A stretch of DNA of 26,224 bases. Source: a virus. Lineage: Duplodnaviria; Caudoviricetes. The position numbers were made by a program, and so were the translations under genes. The stretch covers positions 1 through 26,224 of the IMG/VR virus record IMGVR_UViG_3300023081_000068. One strand, written 5' to 3'. Positions 18,531-26,224 of this stretch are shown here, piece after piece; within the stretch, counting starts at the first letter, position 1; each line of letters begins with the position of its first letter. The notes under the pieces are model-generated. The model was not told the DNA's origin, made no database searches, and saw only the letters and a list, made by a program, of their open reading frames with translations.

Positions 18531-19913
18531 ATGTCAAAAGAAATCAACTTCGGATACCTCGGAAACTCCTTCCAATTACAACTACTAAATAACATCATTG
18601 TTGACAAGGATTTCTCAAATTCGATTGTAGATGTTTTGGACCCGAAGTATTTTGATAATCAATATTTCAAGCTAATGATGCAAATGGTCAAAGAGTATTA
18701 TCAGAAGTATGAACATGCTCCGACCTTCGCAACATTAGAACAACTTACAAAAAGTGAGATTTCCTCTCCTATGGCTCAAAAAATGGTCCTTGATACCATC
18801 TCAGAGGTAAAAGAGGCACCAATTGAAGGTTCTACTTTTGTTCAAGAAAAGTCACTGAAGTTCTGTAAACAACAAGAATTACAGAAGGTGATGAGTAAAG
18901 CTCAAAAGATTATAGACAAAGGTGATTTTGAGTCTTATGACCATTTGGAAGAGATGGTTAGAGAGGCACTTCAGGTGGGGGAAGTTGATACTGGAACAGC
19001 AGATGTTTTTTCAAACTTAGATGTGGTTTTGGACGACGATTATCGTCATCCAATCCCGATGGGAGTTCCAGGTATTGATAACCTACTTAAAGGTGGTTTA
19101 GCTAAGGGTGAAATTGGTGTAATTTTGGCTCCAACAGGTGTTGGTAAGACGACGTTCTTAACGAAGATTGCTAACAACGGATTCAACTTGGGTTACAATG
19201 TTTTACAGGTATTCTTTGAGGATAACCCAAAGATTATTCAGAGAAAACATTTTACCCTATGGACAGGAATTGCACCTGATGACCTTTCTAACCACAGAGA
19301 TGATGTGATGACTAAGGTGAAAGAGATTAAGGAAAAAACTAAGAACAGTTTGATTCTTAAAAAACTTCCTTCGGATACTTTGACTATGAATCAAATCAAA
19401 AACCAAATTCGCAAGATGATTGCAGAGGGAAATAAGATTGATATGATTGTGTTGGATTACATTGATTGTATCACTCCTGATAAGAATTTGGGTGATGAAT
19501 GGAAGAGTGAAGGTTCTGTGATGAGAGCGTTTGAAGCGATGTGTCACGAATTGGATATTGTGGGTTGGACTGCAACTCAAGGTAACCGTTCATCAATTTC
19601 TTCTGAGGTGGTAACAACAGACCAAATGGGTGGTTCTATTAAGAAGGCTCAGGTAGGTCACGTAATTATCTCAGTTGCTAAGTCTCTAACTCAAAAAGAG
19701 ATGAATCTTGCCACCATTGCGATTACGAAGTCTCGTATCGGAAAGGATGGAATCATCTTCGAAAATTGTAAGTATGATAATGAAATGTTAGTTATCGATA
19801 CTGAACAGAGTATGACTTTCTTAGGTCACGAGGAACAGAAAGAAGAAAAAAATCGAGACAGAATTAAAATGTTGATGGAAAAACGTCAACAAAGAGAGTC
19901 TCAAAATAATTAA
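18531..19913 (+). CDS. dnaB: Replicative DNA helicase, DnaB / T4 gp41-like
   Basis: Walker A LAPTGVGKT, Walker B IVLDYID, WTATQGNR and ITKSRIG superfamily 4 motifs; 460 aa. Confidence 0.92.
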   Translation: MSKEINFGYLGNSFQLQLLNNIIVDKDFSNSIVDVLDPKYFDNQYFKLMMQMVKEYYQKYEHAPTFATLEQLTKSEISSPMAQKMVLDTISEVKEAPIEGSTFVQEKSLKFCKQQELQKVMSKAQKIIDKGDFESYDHLEEMVREALQVGEVDTGTADVFSNLDVVLDDDYRHPIPMGVPGIDNLLKGGLAKGEIGVILAPTGVGKTTFLTKIANNGFNLGYNVLQVFFEDNPKIIQRKHFTLWTGIAPDDLSNHRDDVMTKVKEIKEKTKNSLILKKLPSDTLTMNQIKNQIRKMIAEGNKIDMIVLDYIDCITPDKNLGDEWKSEGSVMRAFEAMCHELDIVGWTATQGNRSSISSEVVTTDQMGGSIKKAQVGHVIISVAKSLTQKEMNLATIAITKSRIGKDGIIFENCKYDNEMLVIDTEQSMTFLGHEEQKEEKNRDRIKMLMEKRQQRESQNN

Positions 19914-19927
19914 GTAAAAATATAGGT

Positions 19928-21208
19928 ATGGAAAGTTTAGTTAACGCAGTTAGTAAGGACATCCGCTATGTCGTAAAAAGAAGCGGTGAAAAAGAAGTAT
20001 TCGATACCACTAAAATCGAAAGAGCGGTTATCAATGCAATGAATGGTATTGATAAGGTTGACACTGAGATGGCTGAAAAGATTGCAAGAATTTCTACAAA
20101 AGCGATTTTTAGAAGTAATAAAGAGCACGTCCCTCATGTTGACGAGATTCACGATATGGTTGAAAACAAACTGATGGACAACGGATTGAACGACGTTGCC
20201 AAAGAATATATCATTTATCGTTCTAAGCATAGACCAAATATCTTTAGCAAAAGAGTAAACTTAAAACCTTATGACTACCCTAATCTTAATGAATATGTGG
20301 ATGCTATTCGTCATTCATACTGGGTACATACGGAGTTTAACTACACTTCAGATATTCAGGACTATAAAGTTCACCTTAACGAAAAAGAGAGAAGTGCGGT
20401 TGAAAGAGCGATGCTTGCAATCTCTCAGATTGAGGTGGCGGTTAAAACCTTTTGGGGTGATATCTACAAAAGAATGCCGAAACCAGAGATTGGTAACGTA
20501 GGTGCTACATTTGCAGAATCAGAAGTAAGACACGCAGATGCGTATTCTCACTTAATTCAATTGTTGGGATTGAATGGGGAGTTTGAAAACTTATTGGAGG
20601 TTCCAGCAATTAGAAGAAGAATCAAATATCTTGAGAAATCTATCTCAAACTCAAAATCTGTGGAAAACAGAGACTACTTTGAGTCTGTAGTATTGTTCTC
20701 AATGTTTGTGGAGAATGTTTCATTGTTCTCACAATTCTTAGTTATTATGTCATTCAACAAACATAAAAACGTCCTAAAAGGTATTTCAAATGCTGTTGAG
20801 GCAACATCAAAAGAGGAGAACATTCACGCTGAGTTTGGATTTGATTTGGTTAATCTTATCAAATCAGAAAACCCTGATTGGTGGACACCTCAATTGATTG
20901 AAGATTTAATTGTTGCAACAAATGAAGCTTATGAGGCTGAAAGTGAAATCGTTGACTGGATTTTTGAAAAAGGAGATTTAGGATTTTTGACGAAATCTCA
21001 GACAATGGAGTTCATTAAACATAGATTCAACGTATCTTTGAACTCAATCGGTATTGACAGTATTTTTGAAATCAATGAACCATTGTTGGAAACAACTGAA
21101 TGGTTTGACGACGAAATCCTAACCACCAAACATACAGATTTCTTTAACAAAAGAAGTATTAACTACAGTAAGAAATCTAAATCAATAACATCAAACGATT
21201 TATTTTAA
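19928..21208 (+). CDS. nrdB: Ribonucleotide reductase class I beta subunit (class Id-type) with N-terminal ATP-cone
   Basis: ATP-cone at aa ~13-102 (VVKRSGEKEVFDTTKI...VDEIHDMVENKLM...AKEYIIYR). Ferritin-like ligands E169, E199, H202, E262, E297, H300, plus Y206 and K173. Confidence 0.93.
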   Translation: MESLVNAVSKDIRYVVKRSGEKEVFDTTKIERAVINAMNGIDKVDTEMAEKIARISTKAIFRSNKEHVPHVDEIHDMVENKLMDNGLNDVAKEYIIYRSKHRPNIFSKRVNLKPYDYPNLNEYVDAIRHSYWVHTEFNYTSDIQDYKVHLNEKERSAVERAMLAISQIEVAVKTFWGDIYKRMPKPEIGNVGATFAESEVRHADAYSHLIQLLGLNGEFENLLEVPAIRRRIKYLEKSISNSKSVENRDYFESVVLFSMFVENVSLFSQFLVIMSFNKHKNVLKGISNAVEATSKEENIHAEFGFDLVNLIKSENPDWWTPQLIEDLIVATNEAYEAESEIVDWIFEKGDLGFLTKSQTMEFIKHRFNVSLNSIGIDSIFEINEPLLETTEWFDDEILTTKHTDFFNKRSINYSKKSKSITSNDLF

Positions 21209-21225
21209 TATAAAAACTAAAAAAT

Positions 21226-22932
21226 ATGAACGACAGAAAACCTTTTGATTGGATTAATGAGGAATCGATAACATTCCTTAGAAGAGGGTATTTGAGTGAA
21301 GGTGAAGAACCTTTAGAGAGGATTAGAACAATTGCAGAACATGCAGAAAAGTTGTTAGGTATTGAAGGGTTTGCAGATAAATTCTACGACTATATGGGTA
21401 AAGGATGGTATTCACTATCTTCACCAGTATGGGCGAACTTCGGAAAGAAGAGAGGATTACCTGTAAGTTGTTTTGGTTCTAACATCGGAGATAATATTGA
21501 ATCAATTTTGTATACACAAGCTGAAGTTGGTGAGATGAGTAAGATGGGCGGTGGTACCTCAGGATACTTCGGAAACATTCGTGGTCGTGGTGCTGAGATT
21601 ACAGATAATGGACATGCACCTGGTGCGGTTCACTTTATGAACCTATTTCAGAGTGTTGTGGATAACATCTCTCAGGGCTCAACTCGTCGCGGTCGTTTTT
21701 CACCATATCTCCCTGTTGAACATCCAGATATTATGGAGTTCTTGGAGATTGGAACTGAAGGGTTCCCTATTCAGGACCTAACACATGCGGTCACGGTGAC
21801 TGATGAGTTTATGGAAGATATGATTGCTGGTGACGATAAAAAACGAGCAATTTGGGCTAAGGTCATTCAAAGACGTGGTGAGATTGGTTATCCATATATC
21901 ATGTTTGCTGACACAATGAACAAAAACACAGTAGACGTTTACAAAGACAATGACGCGAAGATTTACAACTCTAACCTATGTTCTGAGATTGCACTTCACA
22001 ATTCTGAAGAAGAGTCATTTGTTTGTGTGTTGTCATCAATGAATGTTCTTCACTATGATGAGTGGAAAGACACAGATGCTGTTGAGATTATGACAATGTT
22101 CTTAGATGCGGTTGTTACTGAATTCTTAACTAAGATTGAGGACATCAGAGACAATGGAACTATCGAGGGTAAGAGAGGATTCTTCTATTTGGAGAAAGCT
22201 TACAACTTCGCTAAAAGACAAAGAGCGTTGGGTCTTGGAGTGTTAGGGTGGCATTCATTCCTACAGAAAAGAGGATTACCATTTGATACTCGTGAGACTG
22301 CAAGATTGAACGTTGAAGTGTTCAAACTAATCAAAGATAAGTCATACGCGGCATCTGAAGAATTAGCTAAGATGTTTGGTGAACCTGAATACTTGGAAGG
22401 TTACGGTAGAAGAAACGTTACGTTGAATGCAATTGCTCCAACAACATCTTCAGCGTTTATCTTAGGTCAGGTATCACAATCAATTGAACCAATTTGGTCT
22501 AACTGTTACGTTAAGGACGTTGCTAAGATGAAGGTAACTATTAAGAATCCAATTCTTAAAGAGTTGTTGAGTGAGATGGGTAAAGACACCAAAGAGGTGT
22601 GGAATAGTATCAAACAAAACGACGGTTCAGTTCAGCACTTGGACTTCTTAACTGATGACCAGAAAGATATCTTTAGAACTTTTGCTGAGATTAATCAATC
22701 GTCTATCATCAACCAAGCTGCGGTTCGTCAGTCTTATATTGACCAATCTCAGTCATTGAATTTGATGATTTCACCTGACATGCCGACAAAGGATGTAAAC
22801 AAACTTCTTATCGACGCATGGCAGTTGGGAGTTAAAACATTATACTACCAACACTCAATGAACTCGGCTCAAGCTTTCTCAAGAAAGAAACTTAACTTGA
22901 ACGACTTACAATGTGTGGCTTGTGAGGGTTAA
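21226..22932 (+). CDS. nrdA: Ribonucleotide reductase class I alpha subunit (short, no ATP-cone)
   Basis: PVSCF, SNLCSEI (radical Cys), APTTSS, KTLYY and a C-terminal CVAC redox pair; 568 aa. Confidence 0.95.
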   Translation: MNDRKPFDWINEESITFLRRGYLSEGEEPLERIRTIAEHAEKLLGIEGFADKFYDYMGKGWYSLSSPVWANFGKKRGLPVSCFGSNIGDNIESILYTQAEVGEMSKMGGGTSGYFGNIRGRGAEITDNGHAPGAVHFMNLFQSVVDNISQGSTRRGRFSPYLPVEHPDIMEFLEIGTEGFPIQDLTHAVTVTDEFMEDMIAGDDKKRAIWAKVIQRRGEIGYPYIMFADTMNKNTVDVYKDNDAKIYNSNLCSEIALHNSEEESFVCVLSSMNVLHYDEWKDTDAVEIMTMFLDAVVTEFLTKIEDIRDNGTIEGKRGFFYLEKAYNFAKRQRALGLGVLGWHSFLQKRGLPFDTRETARLNVEVFKLIKDKSYAASEELAKMFGEPEYLEGYGRRNVTLNAIAPTTSSAFILGQVSQSIEPIWSNCYVKDVAKMKVTIKNPILKELLSEMGKDTKEVWNSIKQNDGSVQHLDFLTDDQKDIFRTFAEINQSSIINQAAVRQSYIDQSQSLNLMISPDMPTKDVNKLLIDAWQLGVKTLYYQHSMNSAQAFSRKKLNLNDLQCVACEG

Positions 22933-22959
22933 TTGTTAAAAAACACAATCATTTAATAT

Positions 22960-22987
22960 AAAAGAGGACTTCGGTCCTCTTTTTTTT
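22960..22987 (+). terminator. Rho-independent terminator with C(UUCG)G tetraloop
   Basis: AAAAGAGGAC-TTCG-GTCCTCTTTT followed by more Ts. The A-run on the left makes it potentially bidirectional. Confidence 0.92.
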
Positions 22988-23006
22988 ATAATTTAATCAG
23001 TTAAGA

Positions 23007-23013
23007 TATTTAT
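23007..23013 (+). promoter_or_regulatory. TATTTAT motif, putative late promoter
   Basis: Lies between the strong UUCG terminator and the gp25 ATG (5 nt away), where transcription has to restart. Confidence 0.6.
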
Positions 23014-23018
23014 GAGAT

Positions 23019-23483
23019 ATGGCACAGGGCAAAACATACGGAGTTAACTTTCCATTTAGAGACAGTAGATATGGTAAATTTCTTTCATTATCGCAAGATG
23101 CGGATGAAGAAATAAGAACTGACCTATTGCATTTAATCTTAACACGAAAGGGTAGTAGGTATTATTTACCTGATTTCGGCACACGTATCTATGAATTTAT
23201 ATTTGAACCAATGGACGGTTTGAGTTTTGAGGCAATTAAGGCGGATATCCGTGATGCCGTCGACAAATATCTGCCAAATTTAATAATTAACGAAATTAGT
23301 ATCACTCCTTATTTAGAAGATTTAGAAGCTCAAGGAGAAATAAATATGGACAATATAGGTGTTGGAGGGATTTATAGGGTTCCGGGAAGAGGAACTGAGG
23401 AATACACTGCGAAGGTTAGAATAGATTATACTATTACTGATAGCACTTTTGAGAGTAAAGATTTCATAATAATCAATATTTAA
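23019..23483 (+). CDS. gp25: Baseplate wedge / sheath initiator, gp25 (gpW-like)
   Basis: GVNFPF...IRTDLLHLILTRKGSRYYLPDFGTRIYEFIFEP...IRDAVDKYLP is the GPW/gp25 signature. Confidence 0.9.
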   Translation: MAQGKTYGVNFPFRDSRYGKFLSLSQDADEEIRTDLLHLILTRKGSRYYLPDFGTRIYEFIFEPMDGLSFEAIKADIRDAVDKYLPNLIINEISITPYLEDLEAQGEINMDNIGVGGIYRVPGRGTEEYTAKVRIDYTITDSTFESKDFIIINI

Positions 23484-23489
23484 TAGTAT

Positions 23490-25328
23490 ATGGCAGACAA
23501 GAGAATTTCATATACCGATAGAGACTTTGAAAGTCTAAGACAGGACTTAGTCAATTATACGAGACAGTATTACCCCGAACTTATTGATAACTTCAATGAT
23601 GCGTCGGTGTTCTCTGTATTTATGGACCTTAATGCTGCAATTGGTGATAACTTACATTATCATATTGACCGTAGTATCCAAGAGACTGTTTTACAATATG
23701 CACAACAGAGGTCATCTATCTTTAACATCGCCAGAACTTATGGTCTTAAAATACCAGGTAACAGACCGTCCGTAGCCTTAGTTGATTTTTCAATTACAGT
23801 TCCTGCCTTTGGTGACCAAGAAGATACTCGTTATTTGGGAGTATTAAGAGCGGGGTCACAAGCCATTGGTGGTGGTCAGGTATTTGAGAATGTTGAGGAC
23901 ATCGACTTCTCATCACAATACAATTCAGATGGTTATCCAAACAGAACAAAGATACCAAACTTTGATTCAAACAATAACCTCATTAATTATACAATTACCA
24001 AAAGAGAGGTTGTGGTTAATGGGACAACTAAAGTTTTCAAAAAGGTTATTACACCAAATGAAGTAAGACCATTCTACGAGTTCTTCTTACCTGAAAAAAA
24101 TGTATTGTCAATCACTTCTATTATTCAAAAGGATGGGGTGTCTTACCAATCAACTCCTTCATACAGTGACTTTATCAATTCACCTAACAAATGGTATGAG
24201 GTAGATTCATTAGCGGAGCCGAGAGTTTTTGTTGAAGACCCTTCAAAACCTTCTGACGAGCCAGGTATTAAGGTGGGTAGATATATTGAAACGGATAATA
24301 AGTTTATTACGGAATATACTCCTGAAGGGTTTATGAAGGTTCAATTCGGTGGTGCTACGGTAACACCTGATGAACAACTTGCTGAGTTTGCAAATACAGG
24401 TATTCCATTAAGAGTTCAGGATTATCAAAACAATATTGCATTAGGTAAGACGGTTAAGGCAAATACCACAATATTCGTAAAATATAGAGTTGGTGGTGGT
24501 TTATCCTCAAACGTTGGTGTAAACTCAATCACTCAGGTTGGTAATACTAACTTCTATGTGAATGGACCTTCTAACAATATTAACCAAAATGTTATCAACT
24601 CATTGAATGTTAGAAACGTAACTGCCGCTATTGGTGGTGCTAATCAACCATCAATTGAGGAAGTGAGAAACATGGTATCTTTCAACTTTGCGGCTCAGAA
24701 CAGAGCGGTTACAGTAAATGATTACAATGCGTTGGTTAAGAGAATGCCGGGTAAGTATGGTGCACCTGCAAAGGTTGCAATTACCGAAAAAGACAATAAG
24801 ATTAACATTGAAATATTATCTTATGATGAGTCAGGTAAGTTAACACAACAGGTTTCAAATACATTGAAACAAAATATTGCGAATTACTTATCCAACTATC
24901 GTATGATTAACGATTATATCTCAGTAAATGTTGCGAAGGTTATTGATTTGGAATACGACATATCTGTGGTATTAGAATCTTCAGAAAACCAAGGTCAAAT
25001 TATTACGAGAATCATTGATGTTGTGAATAATGCGATGTCACCGGCTGTTAGAGATTTGGGTGAGAATGTTTATGTTTCAGAAATCCGTAGAGATATTCAA
25101 AATGTTGCGGGTGTTGTTTCATTAACATCTATTGATGTCTACAATAAGGTTGGTGGTCAATATTCTTCGTCAGAAACGTCACAATCATATTCAAACAGTT
25201 CAACACGTCAGATTCAACTTGTTGACGATACTATTTTTGCTGAACCTTCACAGGTTTATCAAGTTCGTTTCCCTGAGAAAGATATCAAGGTGAGAGTTAA
25301 GAACTTGAAAACTGTAAGTTTCTCGTAA
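23490..25328 (+). CDS. gp6: Baseplate wedge protein, T4 gp6 / baseplate J-like
   Basis: YTDRDFESLRQDL N-terminus, AQQRSSIFNIARTYG, YRVGGG..SNV, AIGGAN..SIEEVR and AQNRAVTVNDY motifs; follows gp25. Confidence 0.88.
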   Translation: MADKRISYTDRDFESLRQDLVNYTRQYYPELIDNFNDASVFSVFMDLNAAIGDNLHYHIDRSIQETVLQYAQQRSSIFNIARTYGLKIPGNRPSVALVDFSITVPAFGDQEDTRYLGVLRAGSQAIGGGQVFENVEDIDFSSQYNSDGYPNRTKIPNFDSNNNLINYTITKREVVVNGTTKVFKKVITPNEVRPFYEFFLPEKNVLSITSIIQKDGVSYQSTPSYSDFINSPNKWYEVDSLAEPRVFVEDPSKPSDEPGIKVGRYIETDNKFITEYTPEGFMKVQFGGATVTPDEQLAEFANTGIPLRVQDYQNNIALGKTVKANTTIFVKYRVGGGLSSNVGVNSITQVGNTNFYVNGPSNNINQNVINSLNVRNVTAAIGGANQPSIEEVRNMVSFNFAAQNRAVTVNDYNALVKRMPGKYGAPAKVAITEKDNKINIEILSYDESGKLTQQVSNTLKQNIANYLSNYRMINDYISVNVAKVIDLEYDISVVLESSENQGQIITRIIDVVNNAMSPAVRDLGENVYVSEIRRDIQNVAGVVSLTSIDVYNKVGGQYSSSETSQSYSNSSTRQIQLVDDTIFAEPSQVYQVRFPEKDIKVRVKNLKTVSFS

Positions 25329-25378
25329 GTTTATTTACATAGACACCTTATAAACTATTTTAAAATTGGATAAATGGC

Positions 25379-25385
25379 TATTTAT
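25379..25385 (+). promoter_or_regulatory. TATTTAT motif, putative late promoter
   Basis: Recurrent intergenic motif, 17 nt before ATG 25403. Confidence 0.55.
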
Positions 25386-25402
25386 CTGAAAAGAAATTTC
25401 CT

Positions 25403-26224
25403 ATGCCAAAATCGTATAGATTAAAAACCAAAATCGGGGTAGACCAAAGTATTCGTGTCAATATTGAGCAAGATTTTGACTTTCTTGAGGTCTTATCGTT
25501 GAAACTTAGACAAGAAGATGTGTATACTCGTTTTTGTGCCGATTACGGTGTGGTAATTGGTAGGGTCGTAGCCAACGGTGGATATGGTATTCCTAATGCG
25601 AATGTATCAGTGTTTGTTCCTGTGGAGGATATGGACTTAGAAGACCCCGTTATCTCATCTCTATATCCATACAGAAGTCCTGAAGAGAAGAATGAGGATG
25701 GGTTTAGATACAACCTTCTTCCTTATACTCAGGAATATGGTGGACATACACCAACGGGAACATTTCCAACACGCCAAGATGTTATTTCACGTCAAGAGGT
25801 ATTAGAAATCTACGAAAAATACTATAAGTTCAGTGTAAAAACCAATGAGTCAGGTGACTTTATGATTGTTGGTGTTCCATTAGGGATGCAAAAGGTGATT
25901 TTAGATTTGGACTTATCTAACATGGGGTGCTTCTCATTGAGGCCACAGGATTTAATTAGAATGAATCGTGGTGTTCAGGACCAATTTAATGGCTCACAGT
26001 TCAAATCATCATCAGACTTAGCGTCCTTACCTCAGATTGTCAATCAGGTGAAAGATGTTGATGTGGCTTCGTTTTGGGGTCAAGAGGATTTGTGTAACAT
26101 TGGTATTACTCGTGTTGATTTTGATTTAAGAGATTTAAATATCGAGATTGAGCCGACTGCGGTGTTTATGGGTTCTATATTCTCATCTGCTGATAATCAG
26201 ATGTTGAGGAAAAATTTTAAGCCG
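25403..26224 (+). CDS. Putative baseplate/tail structural protein (3'-truncated, absent from the ORF track)
   Basis: ATG at 25403, open for 274 codons to the window end (MPKSYRLKTKIGVDQSIRVNIEQDFDFLEVLSLK...). Contains GVVIGRVVANGGYGIPNANVSV and KTNESGDFMIVGVPLG, resembling a carboxypeptidase-regulatory-like beta-sandwich. Preceded by TATTTAT. Confidence 0.8.
   Translation, partial: MPKSYRLKTKIGVDQSIRVNIEQDFDFLEVLSLKLRQEDVYTRFCADYGVVIGRVVANGGYGIPNANVSVFVPVEDMDLEDPVISSLYPYRSPEEKNEDGFRYNLLPYTQEYGGHTPTGTFPTRQDVISRQEVLEIYEKYYKFSVKTNESGDFMIVGVPLGMQKVILDLDLSNMGCFSLRPQDLIRMNRGVQDQFNGSQFKSSSDLASLPQIVNQVKDVDVASFWGQEDLCNIGITRVDFDLRDLNIEIEPTAVFMGSIFSSADNQMLRKNFKP

Noticed and set aside
16009-22932. Introns, inteins or homing endonucleases in UvsX, helicase or RNR
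   Set aside because: The ORFs are continuous and of normal length with ordinary motif spacing. The extra N-terminus of NrdB is explained by the ATP-cone.
185-24066. Short minus-strand and alternate-frame ORFs in the track (e.g. 185-385, 4509-4964, 11506-11886, 14283-14720, 19257-19580)
   Set aside because: They lie within or almost entirely overlap long, motif-bearing + strand genes, have no recognisable motifs, and look like shadow frames.
1-26224. Bacterial extracellular contractile injection system, tailocin or T6SS locus
   Set aside because: The baseplate genes are interleaved with T4-like SSB, UvsX, exonuclease, helicase and RNR in dense one-strand phage-style packing, with no bacterial housekeeping context.
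1-26224. Alternative genetic code (stop-codon reassignment)
   Set aside because: Long genes are intact and coding density is very high under the standard code. No TAG stop is used in this window, so TAG status cannot be fully tested.
1-26224. tRNA, CRISPR array or long tandem repeats
   Set aside because: The longest intergenic gap is about 150 nt and is explained by promoter/terminator elements; no cloverleaf or repeat-spacer pattern was seen.

Overview
AT-rich segment of a large tailed dsDNA phage (T4-like myovirus), with every credible gene on the + strand and read in the standard code. Left (1-14032): contractile tail/baseplate genes, namely a tail-assembly chaperone pair with a probable +1 frameshift, a tape measure, a giant tube-initiator-like protein with an inserted OmpA-like domain, a LysM/gp53-like protein, and a giant hub with a possible C-terminal muralytic domain. 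Middle (14081-22932): two unknown genes, then gp32 SSB, UvsX/RecA, a 5'-3' exonuclease, an unknown gene, a gp41/DnaB helicase, and a class Id-type ribonucleotide reductase whose ATP-cone sits on the beta subunit. Right (23019-end): baseplate wedge gp25, gp6/J-like and a truncated structural gene. A TATTTAT motif recurs upstream of seven genes. The lack of Shine-Dalgarno sites and the RNR type suggest a Bacteroidota (Flavobacteriia) host. All product calls come from motif recognition by eye and gene order; no database searches were run.
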